In this document: positions 29,764 through 38,713 of the stretch, piece after piece
Layout: each line of letters opens with the position of its first letter
Numbering within the stretch: the stretch's first letter is position 1
DNA from: Lachnospiraceae bacterium
GTDB lineage: Bacteria > Bacillota > Clostridia > Lachnospirales > Lachnospiraceae
Length of the DNA: 64,000 nt
NCBI GenBank assembly: GCA_900766815.1
Contig: CAAFWV010000057.1
Span: 7,404-71,403, forward strand
Reading direction: 5' to 3'
The notes under the pieces: generated by a model
Database searches by the model: none
Told to the model about the DNA's origin: nothing
What the model saw: only the letters and a program-made list of their open reading frames with translations
Program-made: the position numbers and the translations under genes

Positions 29764-30819
29764 ATGCCGGAGAAGAATATAGCAATACCCTCAATATTAA
29801 AGGTTTCCAAGGGAACACTTAAGGATGTCGGAGAATATCTTGCAGGCGACGGACTGATGAATGCGGTTGTTTACTTCGGCAATGGACTTATAGATCTGTT
29901 TGGTGACACAGTCATGACATCGCTTAAGGAAGCCGGTGTCAGTGTACTCGAATACTGCGAACTGGATTCAGTCAATATAGATGATATCATAGACCTTGCA
30001 TTCGGAATTAACAGCCATGCACAGGTAATACTCGGAATCGGTGGCGGCAAGGTAATAGATGCTGCAAAATATGCAGCTTATCTTAGAAAGCTGCCCTTCT
30101 TCAGTATACCTACCTCATCATCCAGTGACGGCTTCTCAAGCTCGAGTGCCTCTCTTCTGATTGACGGCAAGAGATATTCGGTTCCCGCCAAGATGGCCTA
30201 CGGTATTATTGTTGATACTGATGTAATTAAGTCCGCACCCGACAAATTCATATATTCCGGTATCGGTGATATGGTATCGAAGATAACTGCCATCTACGAC
30301 TGGCAGTTCGAGGTAGCAAACGGTGTCGGCTCCATGGTTGATTCTGCCGTAATGGTAGCAAAGAAGGCCGTCAACAGCTTTGTCCGTACTCCATATGAGG
30401 ATATTCATGATGATATTTTCTTAAGAGAGCTTCTGGATTCACTTGCAATGAGCGGTATTGCCAATGAGATAGCCGGCGGCAGCCTGCCGACAAGCGGAAG
30501 TGAGCATCTGATAAGTCATGCCCTTGACAAGATACTTGAGGTTCCGGGTCTTCACGGCATCCAGGTAGGTATTGCTACATATATAATGGCCGTTGTTCAG
30601 GATCACAGATATGAAAGAATCGATAAGGTATTTACCGATACGGGTTTCTGGGATTATGTTATGACCTTAGATATGAAGAGGGAGGACTTCATTAAGGCTA
30701 TAGACATGGCGCCGTCAATCAAGCCCCACCGATATACCTTCCTTCATGTTGAGAAATACAGAGAAGCAGCCAAGGCGTTGCTTAGTACAGACGAAAAATT
30801 AAGCCGGGTTTTAAAATAA
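29764..30819 (+). CDS. Glycerol-1-phosphate dehydrogenase (AraM/EgsA)-like iron-containing alcohol dehydrogenase family protein
   Basis: GIGGGKVIDAAKYAAY (NAD-binding GGGxxxD), SGSEHLISHALD (metal-binding His). ATG lies 1 nt after the aldolase stop with GGAGAA RBS. Confidence 0.75.
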   Translation: MPEKNIAIPSILKVSKGTLKDVGEYLAGDGLMNAVVYFGNGLIDLFGDTVMTSLKEAGVSVLEYCELDSVNIDDIIDLAFGINSHAQVILGIGGGKVIDAAKYAAYLRKLPFFSIPTSSSSDGFSSSSASLLIDGKRYSVPAKMAYGIIVDTDVIKSAPDKFIYSGIGDMVSKITAIYDWQFEVANGVGSMVDSAVMVAKKAVNSFVRTPYEDIHDDIFLRELLDSLAMSGIANEIAGGSLPTSGSEHLISHALDKILEVPGLHGIQVGIATYIMAVVQDHRYERIDKVFTDTGFWDYVMTLDMKREDFIKAIDMAPSIKPHRYTFLHVEKYREAAKALLSTDEKLSRVLK

Positions 30820-30835
30820 ACCCGGCTTTTATTAT
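30797..30835. terminator. Bidirectional rho-independent terminator
   Basis: AAGCCGGGTTTT-aaaataa-ACCCGGCTTTTATT. Confidence 0.5.
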
Positions 30836-30925
30836 TTGTTATTTGTTATTCTTATTATTATTTTGGTATTCATATTATTAAGATAGAGGCGGTTCAAAAG
30901 CTCTGGTTAGAAATCATCCGCCACT

Positions 30926-31987
30926 CTATTCTGCCCGCATAAGTCCGGCAATTCCAAAGCCTTTATTATCCTTAGGCAGTATCCACATACAACCATCGAA
31001 CTCCTTGGTAGTGAAGCCGTCTCCTACTGTCAGAATAGGTCTCTTGCCCTGGTACCCCTCTTTTCCGTTCACATAATTGAAGACTCCTCTGTTGGCACCG
31101 CCGTACCAGTCACAGGAATTACCGCTTTTATCTAATGTCATTATGTACATATTACTGTTGTAATATCCGTCCTGGAAGCTTCCGATTGCATTAAGAAGAG
31201 CATAATCCTTATCAAACTCTGCCTTCTCATATATGATATTCTCCTGACCTTCTCCGTTAGGATAATCATTGGTGAAGACTCCGGTGAAGGAATGCTCCTT
31301 CACTCCCTTTACTCCGTTCACGATTCCCGTATTATCAGGGAAGATTCTAAGCCAGGTACCGTTACCCTGCTTCTGTCCGTTGGTCCAGCCACCGAAATAA
31401 TAGGTATTATTGGCATATATTGCCAGGCCCTTGCCCGCAGGGAGTCCCTGTCCGTCTGTCTCTCCATAATAATAGAAGTCATTGGTACCCTTGAGTGAGT
31501 CTGTGATCTTTCTGTTTCTCTCAAGATTGATAAGATCATGCACCGCCTCGAGATTATAATCATCCCAATAATCATATATCTCCTTAAGTGCAGTCATATC
31601 ACCCTCATAATACTGCATCTGACCCGGAGTATAGAAGGCCAGAAGCTCACCGTTCTTCGTATACTTCACATTCTTATTGTCCGAATCGTCATTAGTCCCG
31701 TCTGTATCGGTATTATCCTTGGAATCACCTGTGTTATCTTTACTATCGCCGGCGTTGTCTGTGTTGACCGGTTCGGTCTCTCCGTCTTTATTCTTCCAAG
31801 GGAATACCGAAGCCTTTTCATCCTCAAGTGCCTCTTCATTGCTGACTACGTTCTCGGTTTTGCCCTCACTGTTTCTTACAAATAAGAGCGCCACAGCACC
31901 AACAACAAGTGCTATTAGTACAACAACACCCGCTATCACCAATGCCGGTGTCATGGAATCTCCTCTTGTGTTCTTTTCGTTTCTCAT
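30926..31987 (-). CDS. Membrane-anchored extracytoplasmic protein with low-complexity D/N/T/K-rich linker and MORN-like G-x-W/Y repeats
   Basis: TM ALVIAGVVVLIALVVGAVALLFV; repeats YYFGGWTNGQKQGNGTW and FTGVFTNDYPNGEGQE. Confidence 0.5.
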   Translation of the reverse strand: MRNEKNTRGDSMTPALVIAGVVVLIALVVGAVALLFVRNSEGKTENVVSNEEALEDEKASVFPWKNKDGETEPVNTDNAGDSKDNTGDSKDNTDTDGTNDDSDNKNVKYTKNGELLAFYTPGQMQYYEGDMTALKEIYDYWDDYNLEAVHDLINLERNRKITDSLKGTNDFYYYGETDGQGLPAGKGLAIYANNTYYFGGWTNGQKQGNGTWLRIFPDNTGIVNGVKGVKEHSFTGVFTNDYPNGEGQENIIYEKAEFDKDYALLNAIGSFQDGYYNSNMYIMTLDKSGNSCDWYGGANRGVFNYVNGKEGYQGKRPILTVGDGFTTKEFDGCMWILPKDNKGFGIAGLMRAE

Positions 31988-32088
31988 AGGTCCGTCCTTA
32001 TCCTGTTTAATATCTGTATTTTATTCCTGTACTTTGGCTTGTGTTTCCGTCCTTTGTCTTGTCTTTTATTCACAATCCTATGATAAGC

Positions 32089-33009
32089 CTAAGCCTGTCG
32101 AAGTACTCGGTTTATTGAATTGAGTACCTTCTTCTTATCCGCACTCCACATTGGAGCAACGAGTGTCCGCTTATCACCATCACCTGTTATTCTATGAATA
32201 ACAAGCTTATTATCAATAATCCTGACAGCCTTACCAATTACATCTGCATATTCTTCCATGGTAAGTGTCTCAAACAAACCGTTACGGAAATCTCTTTCAA
32301 GATCAGTTCCCCGTATTATATGAAGGAGCTGTAGCTTGATTCCAAACTGAAGCGGTCTGATTGCGTACTTAGCGGATACATCCTTAACCCATCTGACGGT
32401 ATCAAGCATATCATCCACAGTCTCTCCCGGCAGTCCAAGGATTACATGGGTTATTATGTGAAAGCAATGTTGACTCAATCGGTTAACGGCATCAATATAT
32501 TCATCGTTCTCATATCCGCGCCGAATATAACGTACGCTCTCTTCCTTAATCGTCTGAAGTCCGAGTTCAACCCATACCGGTTTTATCTGATTAATCTCAG
32601 ACAGAAGATTAACAACCTCATCGTCTAGGCAGTCCGGCCTTGTGGCAATAGACAAGCCAACAACCTCATTAATATGAATTGCCTCCAAATATTTGCTTCT
32701 AAGGGTCTCAATACCGGCGTAGGTATTGGTGAAATTCTGAAAATATGCCATAATTCCCACTTTTTCACCCTTAGGAAGCTTACTCTTTATAAGCTCTGTA
32801 CCCTGCTTAACCTGATCGGCAATTGAAAGCGTCGGATCAGAAGCAAAATCGCCGCTGCCTCTGCCGGAACAGAATATACATCCGCCTGTCCCCTTGGTTC
32901 CATCTCTGTTAGGGCAGGTAAATCCTCCGTCTATGGCCACTTTATATACTTTTCTTCCAAAGCACTCCCTGAAGTACCTGTTCGCCGAAATGTATTCCAT
33001 ACAAAGCAT
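32089..33009 (-). CDS. TIGR01212-family radical SAM protein
   Basis: FTCPNRDGTKGTGGCIFCS Cys cluster plus the characteristic ...LGLQT... region. Confidence 0.8.
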   Translation of the reverse strand: MLCMEYISANRYFRECFGRKVYKVAIDGGFTCPNRDGTKGTGGCIFCSGRGSGDFASDPTLSIADQVKQGTELIKSKLPKGEKVGIMAYFQNFTNTYAGIETLRSKYLEAIHINEVVGLSIATRPDCLDDEVVNLLSEINQIKPVWVELGLQTIKEESVRYIRRGYENDEYIDAVNRLSQHCFHIITHVILGLPGETVDDMLDTVRWVKDVSAKYAIRPLQFGIKLQLLHIIRGTDLERDFRNGLFETLTMEEYADVIGKAVRIIDNKLVIHRITGDGDKRTLVAPMWSADKKKVLNSINRVLRQA

Positions 33010-33085
33010 ACTAATGAATCGCTTTTGAATTGCTTTTTGTTATTCAATCCCTATTTTCGAATTAACTATATCACATCTGTATCAG

Positions 33086-33268
33086 TTAGGCACTCTTCTT
33101 ATATTCGTTTTCATTGAATCTTAAGCTATTATTAAGCTTTGCTTCCTCTGAAGCCTCAAGAATATCGATTCTTAATGCCATAGCAAGAAAAAATATGGTT
33201 GCTGCTCCGAATATACACATTCCGATAAAAAGGATAAGTTTAATGATTGCAATAGTTCCAAGTCCCAT
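33086..33268 (-). CDS. Small single-TM protein (60 aa) divergent from the CPBP protease gene
   Basis: MGLGTIAIIKLILFIGMCIFGAATIFFLAMAL followed by a charged tail. Confidence 0.35.
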   Translation of the reverse strand: MGLGTIAIIKLILFIGMCIFGAATIFFLAMALRIDILEASEEAKLNNSLRFNENEYKKSA

Positions 33269-33439
33269 CTTACGACCTCCGTTTACGACCTTAGACGAAC
33301 CTTATTCTATCTGTATTCTTACGCTGATATCGTTCGTCATTATCCGTTTGTCATTTACTTACAGTCACAGACTACACCATAACATGTCCATTTTATCGTA
33401 CTACTTTTACAAATCAGCCAAAAAACGTATAATACAATC

Positions 33440-34336
33440 ATGAATAATACGAAATTATCAACCTTCGAAAAGACCTGGGGAGTATTAATTCCCATACTGG
33501 TATATAAGATATCGACTGCTTTTTTTACTATGGTACTGGCAGCCTTTACCGATGTGCTTTCGCGCCATGGTATTATTTCCGGCAAAATCTTAATGGAAAA
33601 CAGCAGTTTCTTAAGTACATTTATAAGGGCCATATCCCTAACCTTAAGTATTGCTCTGCTGTTTCCTACATATGTAAGGACCATGCGTGCAAAACAATAC
33701 AACAATACCGAGTATACTGATAATACCGACGCAACAGCTTATTCATTCAACAGGTCAGTTATCATAAAGGACGCACGCAGCCTCTCATCCTATTTGAAAC
33801 CTCTGCCGGCATTAATATCTGTTCTGTCGGGCATGAGCCTGGCATTATTCCTTAATATTCTGTTCTATACAACAGGCATTGTAAATATCAGTTCCTCCTT
33901 CAAAGAGGTAAGTTCAAGCCAGGCATCTACCGGTCTCCTTGCGGGGATAATTCTTTTCGGAATAATAACACCCGTCGCAGAAGAGCTTGTATTCAGGGGA
34001 ATAGTTTTATCAAGACTTAATTTAGGTTTCTCAATAACGCCCGCTATCATCTTGTCAGCTCTCATGTTCGGAATATATCACGGCAACCTGGTTCAGGGCA
34101 TTTACGGGACCTTAATGGGACTTCTTATCGGATATGTATACATAAAATATGACGCCCTTGTATACCCCATTCTGGTACACTCAGGCGCCAATATCCTAAT
34201 TTTTATAATTACGAGCCTTCATCTGCCAATCAGCCTGACTGCCCGTTATGAAATTATGGGCATATCAGGTATCGTATTTTTGATAACATTCGTTTTCTTA
34301 TATAACCAATTCTCGAAGAACAAAACCCTTCAGTAA
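33440..34336 (+). CDS. CPBP-family (CAAX/Abi) intramembrane metalloprotease
   Basis: EELVFRG motif, FGIYH and HSGANIL His motifs, multi-TM. The promoter TTTACA-16-TATAAT ends about 17 nt before the ATG, leaving a very short leader without an SD. Confidence 0.8.
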   Translation: MNNTKLSTFEKTWGVLIPILVYKISTAFFTMVLAAFTDVLSRHGIISGKILMENSSFLSTFIRAISLTLSIALLFPTYVRTMRAKQYNNTEYTDNTDATAYSFNRSVIIKDARSLSSYLKPLPALISVLSGMSLALFLNILFYTTGIVNISSSFKEVSSSQASTGLLAGIILFGIITPVAEELVFRGIVLSRLNLGFSITPAIILSALMFGIYHGNLVQGIYGTLMGLLIGYVYIKYDALVYPILVHSGANILIFIITSLHLPISLTARYEIMGISGIVFLITFVFLYNQFSKNKTLQ

Positions 34337-34338
34337 AA

Positions 34339-34509
34339 CTAAATCATCGAATACTGTAGGAATTCATACTTTAATGCACAGCCTTCATATATTTCAGCAG
34401 GAAGCAGGGCTCTGGCTACAAGCTTAAGCTCTGCGGACTCAATATCCGTCCTTCTGAGATTGGCATAATCACCATCTATACTCACAACCTCATAATACCA
34501 GGTCTCCAT
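34339..34509 (-). CDS. Unlisted 56-aa ORF, DUF3006-like small protein, immediately downstream of asnA
   Basis: Minus strand AAAGGAGAGCGAT-ATG; METWYYEVVSIDGDYANLRRTDIESAELKLVARALLPAEIYEGCALKYEFLQYSMI. The VxxIDGDYAxL...LP..x.EG pattern recalls DUF3006. Confidence 0.4.
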   Translation of the reverse strand: METWYYEVVSIDGDYANLRRTDIESAELKLVARALLPAEIYEGCALKYEFLQYSMI

Positions 34510-34524
34510 ATCGCTCTCCTTTTA

Positions 34525-35535
34525 TTACAACAGCAGGACGCCCTTAGACTCGCATTCCTTCACAACATCATCCGGCCAGAGTGAGCTCTGAACCTCTCCT
34601 ATATGTGCCTTCCTAAGGAAGAACATACATATTCTTGACTGTCCGATTCCGCCGCCGATTGTATAAGGAAGCTCCTTCTCCAGAATGGCCTTCTGGAACG
34701 GAAGAGTCGCTCTCTCCTCACAGCCTGCCTTCTTAAGCTGGCTTCTTAATGCATCCTCGTCCACTCTGATTCCCATGCTCGAAAGCTCAAGAGAGATATC
34801 CAGAACAGGATAATAAACAATAATGTCCGCATTAAGTGCCCAGTCATCATAGTCGGGAGCACGTCCGTCATGCTTCTCACCGGATGCTAAGATGTCGCCT
34901 ATCTGCATAAGGCAAACTGCGCCCTTTTCCTTGGCAATCAGTTTCTCCCTCTCCTTGGGTGTGCAGTCAGGATACATATCCTCCAGCTCCTGTGTGGTAA
35001 TAAAGAAGATATCCTGCGGCAGAATCTCTTCTATATAGTCATATCTTATTGCCATATACTTCTCAGTTTTGCGAAGAACCGAATAAATACAGCGTACGGT
35101 AGACTTAAGAGTATCGATATTTCTGTCAGCCTTATCAATAATCTTCTCCCAGTCCCACTGATCCACATAGATAGAGTGAATATTATCCGTATCCTCATCA
35201 CGTCTGATGGCACTCATATCCGTATATAAGCCTTCTCCCACATTGAAGCCGTATTTCTTAAGTGCATATCTCTTCCACTTGGCAAGGCTGTGCACTATCT
35301 CCGCCTGTCTTTCATTCTGCTCCCTGATTCCGAAGCTTACAGGTCTCTCAACACCGTTTAGGTTATCATTCAATCCCGACTCAGGTGTTACAAACAACGG
35401 TGCAGACACACGCTGAAGGTTCATCCTCTCAGATAAAAGATTCTGGAAGAAATCCTTAACAGTCTTGATTGCGACCTGAGTATCATGAAGGTTGAGCGCT
35501 GACTCATATCCTTCCGGAACGTACAAGTTACTCAT
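34525..35535 (-). CDS. asnA: Aspartate--ammonia ligase (asparagine synthetase A)
   Basis: Strong match to AsnA throughout (VHSLAKWKR, SIYVDQWDWE, LSSMGIRVD, TIGGGIGQSR); start set at MSNLYV with GAGGA RBS. Confidence 0.9.
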   Translation of the reverse strand: MSNLYVPEGYESALNLHDTQVAIKTVKDFFQNLLSERMNLQRVSAPLFVTPESGLNDNLNGVERPVSFGIREQNERQAEIVHSLAKWKRYALKKYGFNVGEGLYTDMSAIRRDEDTDNIHSIYVDQWDWEKIIDKADRNIDTLKSTVRCIYSVLRKTEKYMAIRYDYIEEILPQDIFFITTQELEDMYPDCTPKEREKLIAKEKGAVCLMQIGDILASGEKHDGRAPDYDDWALNADIIVYYPVLDISLELSSMGIRVDEDALRSQLKKAGCEERATLPFQKAILEKELPYTIGGGIGQSRICMFFLRKAHIGEVQSSLWPDDVVKECESKGVLLL

Positions 35536-35631
35536 ACTGTCCTCACTTTCTGCTATTCCCTGCATATAAAATCAGGCGCCAAGGTATCACCTCAGCGCCT
35601 TCGCTAATACTTAGTTATACTAACACTTATA

Positions 35632-38037
35632 CTACCTTCGGTCAAGATTATTTTCCCAGAAGGCTCTGATGCTTTCAGTGACTGTACCTAATGACACAGA
35701 CTCTATTTTGTCCCACTCCCTTGGACACAACGCCCTGTTATCCCTGTATCCGAATCTGTAATCAAGAAGCACCACAATCCCAACATCCTCATGGGTCCTT
35801 ATCACTCTTCCGGCCGCCTGAAGCACCTTATTAAATCCGGGATAGACATATGCATAGTTATAGCCGTTAGCCTCCCTGTTCTCATCAAAATATTCCTTAA
35901 TAAGATCATTCTCATCGCACTTCTTAGGTAGTCCCGTACCCACAATAATCGCACCAATCAGGCTGTCATTCTTAAGGTCGATTCCCTCCGCAAACACCCC
36001 ACCAAGCACGCAGAAGCCGACCAACGAACTCTCCTCATAGCTTCCTTCCGTATACTCAAGCAGGAATTCCTTCCTCTCATCCTCATTCATCCTGTCGTGC
36101 TGGACAATACATTTTATGCCTTCATCCGAACCAAACGAGTCAACATATTCCTTATATACCTCATTAAGAAACTGATAAGATGGGAAAAACGCGAGGTACT
36201 TACCCTTTCTGACGCTGACAATATTATGAATATAGGCCGCTATTTTATTATAATTATCCTTGTTTCTCTCTGTGTATTTGCTGGTAACATCCCTCGCAAT
36301 ATACACGCCTCTCCTGCTACTGTCAAAGGTTGAGGGAGCATATACCTCATAGTCGCCCTCTTTTGCTCCAAGCAGGCTCTTATAATACCGAATCGGAAGA
36401 AGAGTTGCCGAAAACAGGATTGTACTTACGCCCCTCTCCATACATCTCATAAGCAGTGTGGACGGGTCTACGCAGAACAGCCGTAATTCAAAATTACCAT
36501 TCTCCTCATTTATAAAAGAATAGGTGATATATTTACTGTCCATAAGCTGATAAATCAACTGAAAATGCGATATTTTGAAGAAGAAATCCAGGACTGCATC
36601 CCTTACCGGTGACGAATCATGATTCTCCAGATATGAGCTCATTGACTGATACAGTCTGTCAAGCCGGAATACCAATTCCTCTATTTCATCCCATTTCCTG
36701 GTACGCCCGGTTTCACGCTTCATGATTAATAACTCATGGTTGCATTTCTCCAGGCGCTTAGCCATAGTCTCATCATACAGCTTTACCGTCCTCTTAAGCT
36801 CAAGGAAGTCCTCTTTGGCAAGAGACGCACTGTACATATTCCTGCCTCTGTCAACGAGATTATGAGCCTCATCAACAAGGAATATATATTTCTCTTTACT
36901 GCCCTCGGCGAAGAATCTCTTAAGATATACATGCGGATCAAACAAATAATTATAATCGCATATGATTCCATCAGAGAACAAACTGATATCCAGGCTGAAT
37001 TCAAAGGGACAGACCATATATTTTTCGGAGTACTCAAGTATGGTCTCCTTATTATAGGTGACTTCTTTGTTAAGAATATCATACAATGCGTTATTTATTC
37101 TGTCGAAGTGTCCCCTGGCATAAGGACAGACATCCGGATTACAGCTTCTCTCCTCCAGCATACATATCTTATCCTTAGCGGTTATAGTAACAGTTTTGAA
37201 TTCTAAGCCCTCACCCTTTAGAAGCTTATAGGCATTCTCTGCAACCGTCGCGGTAATATTCTTGGCAGTAAGGTAAAACATCCTGTCTGCCTTACCTTCA
37301 CCAATCGCCTTCACCGTAGGAAAAACAGTCGCTATTGTTTTGCCCACACCTGTCGGAGCCTCTAAATACAGCTTTCTTCCATGAACAATGGTATTATATA
37401 CATGAGTAACAAGCTCCTTCTGACCTTCTCTGTAATTATATGGAAATTTAACTTTCTTTATTGACGCAATGCTTTTCTCCTTCCATTGCCTCTCCATTTC
37501 CACCCATTTGTCATATTTCTCCATAAGAGAATAAAACCATTCCCTTATCTCTTCATAACTATATGATGATTCAAAATGTTTTATCGATTCATCGTCAAGA
37601 TTAGCATAGGTCATTCGGATATCTATGTCATTGAGTCCACAGCTGTCAGCATATATAAATGCATAGCACTTAGCCTGAGACAGGTGAATACTTACCGGCT
37701 CCTTCATGCCCGTAAGCTTTCTGTAGGTTCCCTTAATTTCATCAATAACAGGTGTTGTATTGTTGTTTCTATCTGACTTACCGGCAAAGAGCTCCTCATC
37801 TATAATACCGTCAGCCCTGCCTTCAACGGTGATTGTGTAACCGTTTGGGCTAACATAGGCATAAGACAGCATAACCTCGGCATTGTAATCACTGCCCATG
37901 CTCTTCTGGATCTTACGATGAAGCCTGCTCCCCTCCTGCATTGCATTATCACTGCCATGAACTATTCTATTATCAATATTACCCTCCCTCAGGATAAACT
38001 CCACAAGGGTACGAACCGATATCCTAACTTCTTCCAT
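35632..38037 (-). CDS. Fusion of N-terminal PD-(D/E)xK (RecB/Cas4-like) nuclease domain with XPD/DinG-family SF2 helicase carrying a 4-Cys FeS domain
   Basis: Nuclease motifs GSRLHRKIQ / EGRADGIID / VIDEIKGT / QAKCYAFIY (QxxxY). Helicase LEAPTGVGKT (Walker A), LVDEAHNL (DEAH), Cys cluster CMLEERSCNPDVCPYARGHF...VCPFEF, C-terminal helicase-C2-like region. Confidence 0.8.
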   Translation of the reverse strand: MEEVRISVRTLVEFILREGNIDNRIVHGSDNAMQEGSRLHRKIQKSMGSDYNAEVMLSYAYVSPNGYTITVEGRADGIIDEELFAGKSDRNNNTTPVIDEIKGTYRKLTGMKEPVSIHLSQAKCYAFIYADSCGLNDIDIRMTYANLDDESIKHFESSYSYEEIREWFYSLMEKYDKWVEMERQWKEKSIASIKKVKFPYNYREGQKELVTHVYNTIVHGRKLYLEAPTGVGKTIATVFPTVKAIGEGKADRMFYLTAKNITATVAENAYKLLKGEGLEFKTVTITAKDKICMLEERSCNPDVCPYARGHFDRINNALYDILNKEVTYNKETILEYSEKYMVCPFEFSLDISLFSDGIICDYNYLFDPHVYLKRFFAEGSKEKYIFLVDEAHNLVDRGRNMYSASLAKEDFLELKRTVKLYDETMAKRLEKCNHELLIMKRETGRTRKWDEIEELVFRLDRLYQSMSSYLENHDSSPVRDAVLDFFFKISHFQLIYQLMDSKYITYSFINEENGNFELRLFCVDPSTLLMRCMERGVSTILFSATLLPIRYYKSLLGAKEGDYEVYAPSTFDSSRRGVYIARDVTSKYTERNKDNYNKIAAYIHNIVSVRKGKYLAFFPSYQFLNEVYKEYVDSFGSDEGIKCIVQHDRMNEDERKEFLLEYTEGSYEESSLVGFCVLGGVFAEGIDLKNDSLIGAIIVGTGLPKKCDENDLIKEYFDENREANGYNYAYVYPGFNKVLQAAGRVIRTHEDVGIVVLLDYRFGYRDNRALCPREWDKIESVSLGTVTESIRAFWENNLDRR

Positions 38038-38065
38038 ACAGTTAATGTATCATATTTTGAGTAAA

Positions 38066-38100
38066 ATAAAACCCCTGATACAGGGTACCAGGGGTAATGA
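38066..38100 (-). terminator. Stem-loop followed by a U-run after the HPr-like gene
   Basis: Minus strand CCCCTGGTACCCTGTATCAGGGG + TTTTATTTTAC. Confidence 0.4.
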
Positions 38101-38109
38101 GGCTTATTC

Positions 38110-38337
38110 TCAACACGCTACTGCATATTTCTTAAGATATTTCTCAAATTCCGGATCATATCCGTTAATCCTTACCGTTAATGCCTTTGTAAAATCCAAT
38201 CCAAAAACTCCAAGGATTGACTTGGCATCAACCACGAAACTGTTGTAGAAAATATCTATGTCATATGGGCTCTTACTAGCGTGTGATACAAAATCCTTTA
38301 CCTCATCATGTCGAAGCATAATCTTATGTTGCATCAT
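38110..38337 (-). CDS. HPr-family phosphocarrier-like small protein (75 aa)
   Basis: VDAKSILGVFGLD matches the HPr Ser46 region; LRHDEV aligns with the His15 region. AGGAGG RBS and TTTACG-17-TATAAT promoter upstream. Confidence 0.55.
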   Translation of the reverse strand: MMQHKIMLRHDEVKDFVSHASKSPYDIDIFYNSFVVDAKSILGVFGLDFTKALTVRINGYDPEFEKYLKKYAVAC

Positions 38338-38526
38338 AATATACCTCCTTCTCGACGTGAAAAGCTTTTTAACTACTTCGTGTCATTATAGGTTCTCTTA
38401 AGTTAGCCGTAAACAGACATTTATACAAAATTACCAATTTGTAATGACGTATATTATATAATATGCACAAAACCAAGCGTTATTTTCTTTATTATAATGT
38501 TTTTTCTCAAATACAATATATTGTGG

Positions 38527-38555
38527 TTGACAACTCTCATCCAATGAATTATAAC
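38527..38555 (+). promoter_or_regulatory. Sigma-A-type promoter (TTGACA-17-TATAAC) driving the TPP riboswitch and thiT
   Basis: ggTTGACAactctcatccaatgaatTATAACaaa. Confidence 0.5.
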
Positions 38556-38571
38556 AAAATAGAAGAAAATA

Positions 38572-38660
38572 ATGTTGCTAGGGGAGCATTAGCTGAGACG
38601 ATTTATCGGACCCTCATAACTTGATCCGGGTAACACCGGCGTAAGGAAGCATATTACAGA
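38572..38660 (+). ncRNA. TPP (THI-box) riboswitch
   Basis: gctaGGGGAGCattaGCTGAGAcgatttatcggACCCtcatAACTTGATCCGGGTAACACCGGCGTAAGGAAgc matches the THI-element consensus (GGGG.GC...CUGAGA...ACCC...GAACCUGAUC.GG.UAAU.CC.GCG.AGGGA). Confidence 0.8.
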
Positions 38661-38713
38661 TACTCTCTGTATATCTAATCTCCCGGCATGCACTATGTTA
38701 AGGAGGTTTTTTT

